A stretch of DNA of 64,000 nt from Nanohaloarchaea archaeon B1-Br10_U2g1 (GCA_001563875.1 LKMN01000001.1:32001-96000); one strand, 5' to 3'. Positions 47,872 through 57,957 are shown, counted from the stretch's first letter. Numbers and translations are program-made. Notes: a model not told the origin generated them from the sequence alone.

Positions 47872-48776
47872 AGGCTCACAAAGTCCTAGATCAGATTGGT
47901 ATAGAGTACGAACTTGTAGAACAAGATAATCCTACAAAGGACTGTGATGCTGCAGCTAAAGAACGTGGAATTAAGACATGTCAGATTGTAAAAAGTCTTT
48001 TGGTCGAGAGAGACGGTGAAAAACTCCATCTCTGTATTCCTGGAGATAGGAAGCTGTCGGAGAAAAAATTTGGAGAGTACAGACTTCTACCTTCTGAGGA
48101 GTCGGAGAGGATTACAGGGTTTGAATCAGGTACTATACATCCACTTTCTTCAGATCTTAAACATTTTGTAGATGAAAGGGTTTTCGAAAACGATAAAGTC
48201 TCCTTTACTATAGGCGAGACACTTAGAGGATTGATAGTAAGCTCTAAGGGCTTCAAAAAGGCTTTACAAGACCAAGACTTCAAATCGGTTGTACAGGACA
48301 TAGTTTCCGTTGAAGAGAGGGAGATTGAGCAGATTAAAGAGAAAGGGCTCTCTGAGGAAGAAGCAAGCTTTATTGTCAAGAACGGTTACAGAAAAAGGTT
48401 CCTAGAGTTAGAAAATATTTATACTGCTCAAGAGATATTTACGGTTACAAAGAAACTTCACAGAGATATACCGGATTTTTCTAGGGATCAGGCGTCCAAA
48501 ATACTTGATAAAGCGGAGAATGAAACCCATATACAGAAACTTGTTGAACATCTATTTACCGACGGAGAACTTCCTGAAGAAAACAGTTTCTTGCTGGAAG
48601 AGACTGTAGAAAAAACAGTTGAGGAAAACCCTGAAGCTGTAAAAGACTACAGAGACGGCAACACATCCTCTCTAAACTATCTTATTGGACAGATAATGCA
48701 GAAAACTCAAGGACGCGCAGACGGTGAGAAAACCAGAAAACTACTTCTAAGTAGACTTGATAATAATGAATACTAA
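47868..48776 (+). CDS. YbaK/ProX editing domain fused to GatB-type C-terminal (Yqey) domain
   Basis: IVKSLLV, TGFESGTIHP; C-term YRDG..LNYLIGQIMQKTQGRAD. Confidence 0.8.
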   Translation: MKAHKVLDQIGIEYELVEQDNPTKDCDAAAKERGIKTCQIVKSLLVERDGEKLHLCIPGDRKLSEKKFGEYRLLPSEESERITGFESGTIHPLSSDLKHFVDERVFENDKVSFTIGETLRGLIVSSKGFKKALQDQDFKSVVQDIVSVEEREIEQIKEKGLSEEEASFIVKNGYRKRFLELENIYTAQEIFTVTKKLHRDIPDFSRDQASKILDKAENETHIQKLVEHLFTDGELPEENSFLLEETVEKTVEENPEAVKDYRDGNTSSLNYLIGQIMQKTQGRADGEKTRKLLLSRLDNNEY

Positions 48777-49017
48777 AGAGATCTACGAGAAAATAGAAGG
48801 GGAAGATGTTGGACAAAAAAGGTACTTGATGTCGAAGATAATTGACAAACTTCTAGAAGAGAAATATCCTCAGATAACTGTCGAAAAAAGGCTGGATAGA
48901 CTTAAACAGGATGAAGGATATCTTTACAAGCTTGTCCAAGATTTCTTCTTATCTTCAAGTACTATAGAGAAGGAGAGAAAACTAGAGAAGATAAGAGAAC
49001 ATACAGATTTATTTTAG
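48766..49017 (+). CDS. Hypothetical protein
   Basis: Overlaps previous stop, helical. Confidence 0.65.
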   Translation: MNTKEIYEKIEGEDVGQKRYLMSKIIDKLLEEKYPQITVEKRLDRLKQDEGYLYKLVQDFFLSSSTIEKERKLEKIREHTDLF

Positions 49018-49022
49018 TTAGC

Positions 49023-49253
49023 TTAGGCCTGGTTGCCGCTGGAATCAATCAGCTTAAACCCGACTTCAAAGCCTTTACTGTCAGAGTGTACTCTCAAAGG
49101 TATTATGTTCTCAAAAGGCTGAAAGACCTTCCAGCCATCTCCCTCCATAGAAATGTTTTCTCCATCTTCTAATGAGTCCGCAAGATCTCTCAGAAATTCC
49201 GCGGCATCTTCTCTTTCAAGCCGGAACTCTTTTTCGAAGTCCTCGCTGCTCAT
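49023..49253 (-). CDS. Amphi-Trp domain protein
   Basis: REDAAEFLRDLADSLEDG. Confidence 0.75.
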   Translation of the reverse strand: MSSEDFEKEFRLEREDAAEFLRDLADSLEDGENISMEGDGWKVFQPFENIIPLRVHSDSKGFEVGFKLIDSSGNQA

Positions 49254-49255
49254 TT

Positions 49256-50455
49256 TTATGCGAACATCTCGTTTGGATGGATACCTTCCTCTGCAAGGAA
49301 ATCTTTCTGTTTTCCAATATTTCCTTCCTCAAGGTCTTTGATGGCTTCTTGGAAGTCTTTCATTCCTACTTTGGCCTTTGATATATCCTCTGATGCATCT
49401 AGAGCTGTTATAGCGGCTTGTTTAACTATCTGTTTGATGTCACGTCCTGTAAACTCCTTTCTAAGTTCGTCGGCCAGGAGGTCATGGTCAACGTTGTCAT
49501 CTAGGTCAAGTTTACGGGTATGTACCTGGAGTATTTCTTTCTTGGATTCTTGGTCAGGTACAGGAACCTCTATAGCTGAACAGCGGTTCAGCAGTGCTGG
49601 GTCCATTACATCTGGTTTGTTTGTTGCGAACACAGATATTACGTTAGAGTTCTCTGAGTCGAGTCCGTCGAGTTCGGAAAGTAGTTGACTCATAGTTCTT
49701 TCTACCTCTTCTCCTCCGTGTCTTCTGTCGTCAAGTCTCTTCTTTGCTATTGCATCTATTTCATCTATAAATATTATTGATGGCTTATCGCTTGCACGTG
49801 CTTGTTCGTATAGCCTCTTTACTTTTTTCGCGCCTTCGCCTATAAATTTCTCAACAAGCTGTGGTCCGTTGATCATGAACATGTCGGCTTCGTATTCTTT
49901 ACTCAGTGCCTTTACTAGATGAGTCTTACCTGTTCCTGGTCTACCTACGAGTAACATTGATTTGTCTAGGTCCATACCCCATTCCTGTATCTTCTGTTGC
50001 TTCTCAGGATCTAGCTGTGCGCCTACATTAGATTTCAGTGATCTAATCACGTGGTCTAGTCCTCCCACATCTTGGAATGTTACATCTGTCCTGATGGAGT
50101 CGAACTCTCCGTCTTTTCCTTTTTCAACTATATCTGTTATCTTGAAGCTGTTAGGATCCAAAGCTACTTCTGTTCCGGGGGTCAGGTCTTCCGGGCTGTA
50201 GCCGTTTGGCACCTCGACTCCGTAACGTCCTTTCATGTTTCCGGATGCTTCTACCCAGATTCTCTCTCCGTCGTACTCGGATACGATTACTCCTCTCAGT
50301 ACAGGTGTTTTCAGGTTGGTTCCATGAGGATTAGAGTCTGTCTGTGCTTTCTGTTTCTGAAAGTACTGTGGGAACTGAATCTTCTGCTCCTTCTCTTGTT
50401 GCTTGGTTTTCTGTTTTTTCTCTGACTTCTCCGTATCCTTGTTTTCATCAACCAT
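49256..50455 (-). CDS. PAN-like AAA+ ATPase
   Basis: OB-like N-domain, GRPGTGKT, KFIGEG pore loop, FIDEID, EVERTM, C-term MFA; AGGTG SD before ATG 50455. Confidence 0.8.
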   Translation of the reverse strand: MVDENKDTEKSEKKQKTKQQEKEQKIQFPQYFQKQKAQTDSNPHGTNLKTPVLRGVIVSEYDGERIWVEASGNMKGRYGVEVPNGYSPEDLTPGTEVALDPNSFKITDIVEKGKDGEFDSIRTDVTFQDVGGLDHVIRSLKSNVGAQLDPEKQQKIQEWGMDLDKSMLLVGRPGTGKTHLVKALSKEYEADMFMINGPQLVEKFIGEGAKKVKRLYEQARASDKPSIIFIDEIDAIAKKRLDDRRHGGEEVERTMSQLLSELDGLDSENSNVISVFATNKPDVMDPALLNRCSAIEVPVPDQESKKEILQVHTRKLDLDDNVDHDLLADELRKEFTGRDIKQIVKQAAITALDASEDISKAKVGMKDFQEAIKDLEEGNIGKQKDFLAEEGIHPNEMFA

Positions 50456-50643
50456 GTACTCCACCTTTTCAACTAACCTTTTTAACGGGTTACTGAATCG
50501 GAAAGATATCTTTCTTATCCGTTTCACCCAGTTTTTCATTATATTTGAGTGACTGTTTCAGCTTTATAAAACAAATCTTGACATCGGATATAATGCTAAT
50601 CTAAACATATTTTTTATACCAATCATAGATATCCGTTAAAATA

Positions 50644-50994
50644 ATGGATATAGAGGAAGAAACAGAAAGAGCAATAGAAGTAATGCATGATGAAGTATCT
50701 AGATATATTATCAATAGCTTAGAACCGGATAGAAAGCCGGTAAAGAGTATATCTGAAAATATAAGTAAAGAGGTCGAGGTCTCCAAGTCTACAGTTTATA
50801 GACGTATGAACTATCTGGAGGAAGAAAACGTCGTAGAGGAGGTCAGTCTGGTAGGTGATGTAAACAAAAACTACTATCAGCTAACAGACTACGGCGAAAG
50901 TATACACAGAACTCTTGAGCTTATATCTAGCATCCTAGAATCCGATGAATATGGGCCTTTAAAAGATCTAGAGAACGAGCCCGCAGGGATTTGA
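50644..50994 (+). CDS. Winged helix-turn-helix regulator
   Basis: VSKSTVYRRMNYLEE..YQLTDYG. Confidence 0.8.
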   Translation: MDIEEETERAIEVMHDEVSRYIINSLEPDRKPVKSISENISKEVEVSKSTVYRRMNYLEEENVVEEVSLVGDVNKNYYQLTDYGESIHRTLELISSILESDEYGPLKDLENEPAGI

Positions 50995-51050
50995 ACCCTG
51001 GGCCTTTCGGTCCGAAGCCGAACGCTCTGTCCGGGCTGAGCTACGGGCTC
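50976..51050 (-). tRNA. tRNA-Arg (TCG)
   Basis: GAGCCCG acceptor, TTCGG-CT-TCG-GA-CCGAA anticodon arm, TTCAAAT T loop; no intron, no encoded CCA. Confidence 0.95.
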
Positions 51051-51093
51051 CTGTTAACGTGTTTCAGATAGAAGTCTTATAACTGTTGATTTC

Positions 51094-52320
51094 CTACATC
51101 CACAAGATAAAGTCAACAAGTCTGTACCAGATATTTCTCAGGACGGCGAGAAATCCTTTCTGCTCAGTACTAGTTTGCCCCATTGAGGTGAAGTTGCCTT
51201 CCAGAGATTCGTATACATCAATCTTTCCTGAACCTTGGTAGTTCTCCGGATAATCAAGATCATGTGAGGTACCCATTATTTTCTTCTTTACTTCTCCCGG
51301 CTCTTTGTCTGTCTCTGACAGTATAACTGCTGCCTGTCCGGAGACGTGAGGAGCAGCCATGGAGGTGCCTGAAGAATATCTCCATCTGTTTTCAGGCCAT
51401 GTTGACACTATATCGGATCCTGGAGCCACAACATCGGGTTTGACTCTGTTGTCATACGTAGGGCCTCTACTGCTGTAGGGAGCCATTTTATCTTCTTTAT
51501 CTACAGACCCTACCGTAAGCGTATTTGAGGCGCATCCTGGCGCAGTAATTGTTGAATTATCTGGCCCACTGTTCCCTGCAGCGGTAACTGTTAATGTCCC
51601 TGAGTTTGTTGCTTTATTTGTTGCTCTAGAAAGCATGTCTCTCCCGTTACATCTCTCTACCTCGGCACCGATACTAATTGAAGCGATATCTACCTCTTCC
51701 TCTACTACCCATTCCAAGCCCTGTATAATCTGTGATGAGGAGCCTCTACCGGTTTCATTGAGAACCTTTGCATCGTAAAGATCTATTTTGGGGGAAATGC
51801 CGGTGTAGGTAGGATGTTGCGAACCTATAATTCCGGCTACATGTGTTCCATGGCCGTTCAGATCTCCTGTGCCTTCTTCGGTAAAGTTTTCAGCCTTGTA
51901 GATGTCCAAGTAATCGTGGTCGTAAATCCCTGTATCAAGAACAGCTACAGAGCTGTTTGATCCCATGTATCCATTGTTGTGTAGGTCGGGCATCCGGAAA
52001 CTTTCACCTGTGTCTGAGACTAGAGTCTCTACAGGATAGTCTGGTTCTATACGTTCTACAGGCTGTCTTGAACTTAAGTTTTCTATCTCAGAACTGGTAA
52101 GATTCATCTTGGCTCCTTCAATAAGACCGAATTCATGTTCGATCGAGTATCGGTCATCTATACCTTCAACCGTACTGTCGTCTATATCTCCTTCAAACGT
52201 AACAAGTACTTCGGTATATTCTTCTTGCTTCATCTGGTCTTCAAGTTGCTGTGTAACAGAAGATGCTGCGAGAGCTGAGAAAACAACTAAAATCAGAGTT
52301 AAGAACAAATAACGGGACAT
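51094..52320 (-). CDS. Secreted subtilisin-like S8 protease with propeptide
   Basis: AVLDTG, HGTHVAG, AAGN, GTSMAAPHV. Confidence 0.95.
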   Translation of the reverse strand: MSRYLFLTLILVVFSALAASSVTQQLEDQMKQEEYTEVLVTFEGDIDDSTVEGIDDRYSIEHEFGLIEGAKMNLTSSEIENLSSRQPVERIEPDYPVETLVSDTGESFRMPDLHNNGYMGSNSSVAVLDTGIYDHDYLDIYKAENFTEEGTGDLNGHGTHVAGIIGSQHPTYTGISPKIDLYDAKVLNETGRGSSSQIIQGLEWVVEEEVDIASISIGAEVERCNGRDMLSRATNKATNSGTLTVTAAGNSGPDNSTITAPGCASNTLTVGSVDKEDKMAPYSSRGPTYDNRVKPDVVAPGSDIVSTWPENRWRYSSGTSMAAPHVSGQAAVILSETDKEPGEVKKKIMGTSHDLDYPENYQGSGKIDVYESLEGNFTSMGQTSTEQKGFLAVLRNIWYRLVDFILWM

Positions 52321-52364
52321 AAAGATGTATTTAGGGAACAGGAATTTTTAACTCTTTCTTCCTT

Positions 52365-52916
52365 CTAAATAACCGTTAAACCGTTCAGATAGCCGTGGTC
52401 GTACAGATAATGTGTGCCATCGCAGGTAGGAAGGTCTTGGATTATCTCTTTCCTGTTGAACCATCTAACCTCGTCTGCATCCTTGCCTATCCTTAACATT
52501 TCTCTTTCGGTCTCTATCTTGAAAAAAATCCATTTATGTTCTTCACAGCTTCTCCAACAACGACTAGCTAAGACTACTTCCCCAAACTGTTTTGGTTTGT
52601 CAACTTCTAAGCCCGTCTGGCGTTCGACCATCTCTTTAACCGCACTGTCTAGGTTTTCATCTTTCTTTAGGTGTCTGAACGGTAGAGAGTATAGATAAGG
52701 AAATTTTTTTCTCTTAACCATTACTATCTCTTCTCCAGTGTATATAACAGAGGCTATCTTTACAGGAACTCTCTTAGAATTAAACTTGACAGTTTCAAGG
52801 TCCTCCTTATCTCTCTTCACTGTTGGTCTTTCATGTCCGTTAGAGCACTGGAAGAGAATACGGCCGGTTCTTTCCACCTCTACCACTTTACTGCTGTCAC
52901 ATATGCTGCATCTCAT
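52365..52916 (-). CDS. Zn-ribbon plus degenerate NUDIX domain protein
   Basis: CSIC..CSNGH; eroded Nudix box (PFRHL..ENLDSAVKEMVERQTGL). Confidence 0.65.
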   Translation of the reverse strand: MRCSICDSSKVVEVERTGRILFQCSNGHERPTVKRDKEDLETVKFNSKRVPVKIASVIYTGEEIVMVKRKKFPYLYSLPFRHLKKDENLDSAVKEMVERQTGLEVDKPKQFGEVVLASRCWRSCEEHKWIFFKIETEREMLRIGKDADEVRWFNRKEIIQDLPTCDGTHYLYDHGYLNGLTVI

Positions 52917-53044
52917 ATCTACAGTTTTGAAATCTGTCTGTTCTAATTAGAAGATTGTTGCAGATAAAAAACAGTTTTTTATCCGTATTATTGTTATTGA
53001 TGTTTATAGGAAGTCTTTTTACAAACCTAAAAGAAATTGGAATC

Positions 53045-54640
53045 ATGGAGTTGAAGACGGCATACTTCTCAATGGAGATAGCATTAGAGAATGATATCAA
53101 GACCTATAGCGGCGGATTAGGCGTCCTGGCAGGAGACACCTTACGGAGTGCTGCAGATTTGGACTATCCAATTTTAGGAGTCACTCTTCTATACCGAAAC
53201 GGTTTCATAAAGCAGGTTTTAGAGGACGGCGAACAGAAAGAGGAGCCAGATAAATGGGACATCGACCGATTACAGCATTTAGACGTATACACCAGTATTG
53301 AAATCTTCGGTAGAACCGTCGACATTACTGCTTATCAGTACACTATTCAAGGCGAAAATGGGGAAGTACCGGTTATACTACTAGATACAGATCTTGATTC
53401 AAACGAAGATTACGACAGATCTCTTACGGAGAGACTATATCTTGGAGACGATGAGTACAGACTTGCCCAAGAAGCGGTGTTAGGTATAGGAGGGTTCAGA
53501 ATACTTGAAGAACTGGGATACAGACCTAAGCACTACCATATGAACGAAGGACACTCATGTCTTTTAACAACAGAGTTGTTTGGAAGAGAAGACATACAGG
53601 AGAAATGTATCTTTACAACCCACACGCCTGTAAAGGCAGGTCACGACGTTTTTGATAAAGATACTGTCCGGAAAGTCTTGACAACAACTTCAAAGAAGCT
53701 AGAGGAAAGAGGGTTTGAAAGTCTAAACACAACAGAACTAGCTTTAGAGTATAGCGGCTTCGTAAATGCAGTGTCTGAGAAACATGAAAACGTGTCAAGC
53801 CAGATGTTTCCGGATTATGACTTTGATTCAGTTACAAATGGCGTTCACAGTACAACTTGGACGAACCCTTACTTAAGAGAGGTTCTTGACTCAGAGATAG
53901 GTGCTTGGAGATGTCAGCCAGGTATGCTGTCGAGAGCATTTAAGATAGATGATAGAAAGCTCTGGAACGCAAAAATGGAGGCTAAAAAGGAATTAATAGA
54001 CTATATCAGGGAAGAGACAGGAGAAGAATTTGAGCAAGATGTTTTCACTATCGGTTTTGCAAGACGTGCCACAGGTTACAAACGCCCTACACTTCTATTC
54101 AAGGATATTGAAAGGCTGGAAAGTCTTGGAGAGTTACAGATAGTATACGCAGGAAAAGCGCATCCGGATGACACACAAGGCAAACATTTCATAAAGAAGA
54201 TAAACAGATACGCAGATATACTTGAAAACGTCAAGCTAGTCTTCTTAGAAGACTATGACATGAATGTTACCAAGAAAATGGTTTCTGGAACAGACTTGTG
54301 GTTAAATACTCCTTTAAGAGGCAAAGAAGCATCAGGCACCTCCGGCATGAAAGCCGCTCTAAACGGTGTTCCCCAGCTTTCGGTTCTTGACGGATGGTGG
54401 ATCGAAGGACATATAGAGGACGTCACGGGGTGGAGCATAGGAGAGAATTATGTTGAAGGCGAGAACCAAGACGAAATAGACAGCGCCTCAATCTATCAAA
54501 AACTTGAACATGCCCAGTCGTTGTATTTTGATGATAGAAAAAAATGGATAGAGATAATGAAGAGCTGTATAGCTATAAACGGTTCTTACTTTACCACGGA
54601 TAGGATGTTTAAAGAGTATGTTACAAAAGCTTATCGTTAA
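53045..54640 (+). CDS. glgP: Alpha-glucan (glycogen/maltodextrin) phosphorylase
   Basis: AYFSME, YSGGLGVLAGD, HMNEGH, EASGTSGMK PLP motif. Confidence 0.95.
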   Translation: MELKTAYFSMEIALENDIKTYSGGLGVLAGDTLRSAADLDYPILGVTLLYRNGFIKQVLEDGEQKEEPDKWDIDRLQHLDVYTSIEIFGRTVDITAYQYTIQGENGEVPVILLDTDLDSNEDYDRSLTERLYLGDDEYRLAQEAVLGIGGFRILEELGYRPKHYHMNEGHSCLLTTELFGREDIQEKCIFTTHTPVKAGHDVFDKDTVRKVLTTTSKKLEERGFESLNTTELALEYSGFVNAVSEKHENVSSQMFPDYDFDSVTNGVHSTTWTNPYLREVLDSEIGAWRCQPGMLSRAFKIDDRKLWNAKMEAKKELIDYIREETGEEFEQDVFTIGFARRATGYKRPTLLFKDIERLESLGELQIVYAGKAHPDDTQGKHFIKKINRYADILENVKLVFLEDYDMNVTKKMVSGTDLWLNTPLRGKEASGTSGMKAALNGVPQLSVLDGWWIEGHIEDVTGWSIGENYVEGENQDEIDSASIYQKLEHAQSLYFDDRKKWIEIMKSCIAINGSYFTTDRMFKEYVTKAYR

Positions 54641-54697
54641 ATAAAGAATAAAAGAAAAAGGTTCGCCTGTGGGAGGAGAATATAGTTTAGGAAGTTT

Positions 54698-54814
54698 TCA
54701 AGATTCTATGCTTGCTTTGACAGGTAATTCGTTGTTTTTTGTACCTAAACGGTTCTTGAAATTTCTATCAGACGCTACCTTCTCCAAAAACTCGTCCAGC
54801 TCTTCATCAGTCAT
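54698..54814 (-). CDS. Small 38 aa protein
   Basis: MTDEELDEFLEKVASDRNFKNRLGTKNNELPVKASIES*, GAGGTG upstream. Confidence 0.5.
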   Translation of the reverse strand: MTDEELDEFLEKVASDRNFKNRLGTKNNELPVKASIES

Positions 54815-54957
54815 CTTGCAGATTGGAGACCACCTCGACAGGAAAATACTATGGTTGCCGGTTTAAAATCGTCATTACAGTCGAGAACAATAGAAAAAAC
54901 CGTTTAAACATGTCTAAGAACGATTATATCGCCGACAAATTTCTATAAAATATCTAT

Positions 54958-55209
54958 CTAGCTCTCTTCTTCATCTTCAACAAGAGCTTTAATCTGAAAA
55001 GTTTTCTGACATTGAGGATAACCTTCACAACCCCAAAAATAGCCGTAACGCCCCTCTTTAAGCTTCATTGGCATCCCGCATTCCGGACAACCAACCTCTT
55101 TAGGCTTCTTGTCCTTGTGTTTCCTACATACTGGCTGTCCCTTAGAGTTTTTCTTTGTAGCATTCCTACCACAAAAAACACAGGGAGTCATAACGGTTTC
55201 AGAGGTCAT
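54958..55209 (-). CDS. Small zinc-finger protein with topoisomerase-type C4 finger
   Basis: CVFC..CRKH and CPECG..GRYGYFWGCEGYPQC. Confidence 0.85.
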   Translation of the reverse strand: MTSETVMTPCVFCGRNATKKNSKGQPVCRKHKDKKPKEVGCPECGMPMKLKEGRYGYFWGCEGYPQCQKTFQIKALVEDEEES

Positions 55210-55369
55210 ACTCTTCCTTGAGAGGGCTAGAAATATAACGGTAAGTTATGTTTGTTAAAAAGGGCTTCAAGTCAAAACTTTGTAAGAGCGGTAAAAGCGA
55301 AAATAGTCTATAATAGTTCTGTGAGGAACAGTTTACGTATTAAGCTTTGGAGATGTGTTATAGAAATAA

Positions 55370-55822
55370 ATGAAAGGAACCGCAGCAGAAAAAGTTATCG
55401 GAAACGAGTACAGTATTGCCACACATTCCTTTAATCTAACAGGTCTACTAGAGGTGGAAAAGAACAATATATTCGACTACACCTTACAGTCTAGGGTTTC
55501 CGAAGAATTTCTGAACTCAAAGTCGTCAGCAAGCTCTCTAGCTTCTATAGTCAGGGCTTTAGACGATTCAAGAAGTGAAGACTATCAACACCGTTACGGT
55601 ACCACATTGTGGACAGGCACAGTTGATACAGATAATAGAGAACTATGCATTGCGGCTGAATACTCAGTTAGCTCTTCCAGAGAAGATCTGCCTGAAAGAT
55701 ACAGATTCCAAAGAGATCTGAAGTACGGTGAAGACCCATACGATATTCTCGAAGAGCCTCTACAATTTAAAATTGAAGGAGAGCCAGATCTAGCGCCTAG
55801 AACAGTAAAAGAAACGCTTTAA
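55370..55822 (+). CDS. Hypothetical protein
   Basis: 150 aa ORF. Confidence 0.6.
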   Translation: MKGTAAEKVIGNEYSIATHSFNLTGLLEVEKNNIFDYTLQSRVSEEFLNSKSSASSLASIVRALDDSRSEDYQHRYGTTLWTGTVDTDNRELCIAAEYSVSSSREDLPERYRFQRDLKYGEDPYDILEEPLQFKIEGEPDLAPRTVKETL

Positions 55823-55827
55823 ACGAA

Positions 55828-56751
55828 CTATTCTGATTTCTGGGATTTAACATACTCTGAAGCATTTAGAGCTGCCTGACAGCCTTGTCCGGCGGACACG
55901 ACTAGTTGTTGAGCGCCTTTATTTGTTACATCTCCTGCAGCGTACAGACCGGTTGTAGATGTCTCTCTATTCTCATCTACTTTGATGTATCCGGAGTCGT
56001 TGGTTTCAACAAGATTTGTGATATCCGAGTTGGGTACCGTTCCAATTTCTATGAAAGCTCCTTCAACTTCTAAATCTCTAATCTCTCCTTTGTGATTGAT
56101 CTTTACTCCTTCCAAGAGATTGTCTCCATAAAACTCTTTAACAGTTGCTTCTCTCACTACTTCTACGTTTTCTGCCTCTAGAACTTCGTTTATTGTGATT
56201 TCTTCTCCTTTTAGTTTTCCTGACCTACTTAGAACGTATACTTTTTCCGCTATATCTGAAAGATATACAGCGGCTTCAGTACCGGCATATCCACCTCCTA
56301 CGACAGCTACTTCTCTTCCTTGGTACAAAGGCCCGTCACATACAGCGCAGTAAGCTACACCTTTATTCGAGAACTGTTCCTCGCCTTCAACACCTAACTT
56401 TCTGCGTGAGCCTCCTGTAGCTATTACTACGGAGTAGCTTTTGAAGACAGAGCCATCCTCAAGTTCGGTCTCGAAGACACCGTCCTCCTTTCTTATATCG
56501 ACAGCTTTCTGTCCTACCTCTTCATCAACATCGTATTCGCGCATATGTTCAAGATATCTCTCCGCTAGCTCCGGCCCTGAAACGGATTTGATACCAAGAT
56601 AGTTCTCTACGACATCAGTATTGTTTATCTGTCCACCGTACTCATCAGCGATAACGAGCACGTCCATACCGCTTCTTACAGCATATATCGCAGCACTCTG
56701 TGCTGCACAAGCACCTCCAATAACTATTAGATCCTGAATCCCAGAACTCAT
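55828..56751 (-). CDS. trxB: Thioredoxin reductase
   Basis: GGQ, CAVCDG, GGGYAG, YAAGD. Confidence 0.92.
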   Translation of the reverse strand: MSSGIQDLIVIGGACAAQSAAIYAVRSGMDVLVIADEYGGQINNTDVVENYLGIKSVSGPELAERYLEHMREYDVDEEVGQKAVDIRKEDGVFETELEDGSVFKSYSVVIATGGSRRKLGVEGEEQFSNKGVAYCAVCDGPLYQGREVAVVGGGYAGTEAAVYLSDIAEKVYVLSRSGKLKGEEITINEVLEAENVEVVREATVKEFYGDNLLEGVKINHKGEIRDLEVEGAFIEIGTVPNSDITNLVETNDSGYIKVDENRETSTTGLYAAGDVTNKGAQQLVVSAGQGCQAALNASEYVKSQKSE

Positions 56752-56842
56752 ATACTAAGGAACATAGAACATTGGTATTCAAAAATCCAACTCACCGGGT
56801 AAGTTTAAAACAGTAAACACACTCAACAAGATATACGTAGAA

Positions 56843-56913
56843 GCGGCATTGGTCCAGTGGCACGACGTCACGTTGCCAACGTGGAGACCCGGGTTCAAAT
56901 CCCGGATGCCGCA
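56843..56913 (+). tRNA. tRNA-Gly (GCC)
   Basis: GCGGCAT/ATGCCGC acceptor, TT-GCC-AA loop, CCGGG-TTCAAAT-CCCGG. Confidence 0.95.
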
Positions 56914-56988
56914 AAATCCGCCGACTCTAAGGTAAAACTTATTTTACGAACAGTGAGAGATTATTTTCACAGAGCGGCAGACTGTGTT

Positions 56989-57957
56989 ATGAAGGAACGT
57001 TTTTTTGGATTGGTCGAAAAAGAACTTGGAGATGAACTTATTGCTGTAGAAGAAATTGATGAAGGCCTCAATACAGTGTACAGGCTGGAATCTGAAGATA
57101 AAGAGTATATCGTTAAGGTCCACACTAACGAACAGAACGAAATAACATGGTTTAAAGCCGAGCCCAGAATATATGAACTGATTTCTGATAACGAAGACGT
57201 CCCTTCCCCCGAAATCATCTTTAAGGATTTCTCTGAAGAGAGGTACGAAGACTCTTTTTACGTAATGGAAAGATTGCCTGGACGAAACCCTGATAAGATA
57301 AAACATGATCTTTCTAAGAAAGAACTTCTTAATATTGTCCGCAGATACGGTCAGATACTAGGTAAGATCCATAATATAACCTCTTTCGACAACTACGGAA
57401 TGCTTTCTGGTGAAGGCGACAGCCTTCAAACTATCAACGATGCTGAGAAATGGACTTGGTCTCTTAAAGGAACAATTGATGCATGGGCAGATATTGTGAA
57501 AGATAAGTGGGATGAACCGGTGAAGATAGATACTCCTGAGACAGAGATAAGGGAAAGACTGCCTGAAGAACCAGATTCTGTACTTATACACTCTGATAAC
57601 CGTTTAGACAATCTGCTTGTTGATGAAGAAACTATCACGGGTTTTCTAGACTGGAGTCATCCAAGGACCGGTCATAACGAATATGACTTGGTAAGAGCAG
57701 AGTATCTATTGATAGACTGGGATTTAGATTTCAAAGATGATCAGTTAAAAGAAGTATTGAGAGAAAGGCTTTACCAGGGTTACAAAGAATTCAACTCGCT
57801 CAAAGAAGATTTTGATGATAGAAGAGAGGTCTATAGATTCGCTACTACGGCTTGGCTTGCAGCAGGATTCGCTAATTGGGGATCAAAACTTAATGAAAAA
57901 GAACACAGAGAAATGAGAGAAGAGATAATAAAGAGAATTAGAGAAGAGTCTCTGTAA
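56989..57957 (+). CDS. APH/choline kinase family phosphotransferase
   Basis: YIVKV, VMERLPG, IHSDNRLDN, FLDW; true ATG after the tRNA. Confidence 0.88.
   Translation: MKERFFGLVEKELGDELIAVEEIDEGLNTVYRLESEDKEYIVKVHTNEQNEITWFKAEPRIYELISDNEDVPSPEIIFKDFSEERYEDSFYVMERLPGRNPDKIKHDLSKKELLNIVRRYGQILGKIHNITSFDNYGMLSGEGDSLQTINDAEKWTWSLKGTIDAWADIVKDKWDEPVKIDTPETEIRERLPEEPDSVLIHSDNRLDNLLVDEETITGFLDWSHPRTGHNEYDLVRAEYLLIDWDLDFKDDQLKEVLRERLYQGYKEFNSLKEDFDDRREVYRFATTAWLAAGFANWGSKLNEKEHREMREEIIKRIREESL

Noticed and set aside
52955-53044. Hydrophobic signal-like N-terminus on glucan phosphorylase
   Set aside because: Read-through of the AT-rich promoter from a TTG; family start matches ATG at 53045
56857-56988. 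44 aa N-terminal extension of the phosphotransferase
   Set aside because: Overlaps tRNA-Gly; ATG at 56989 is the likely start
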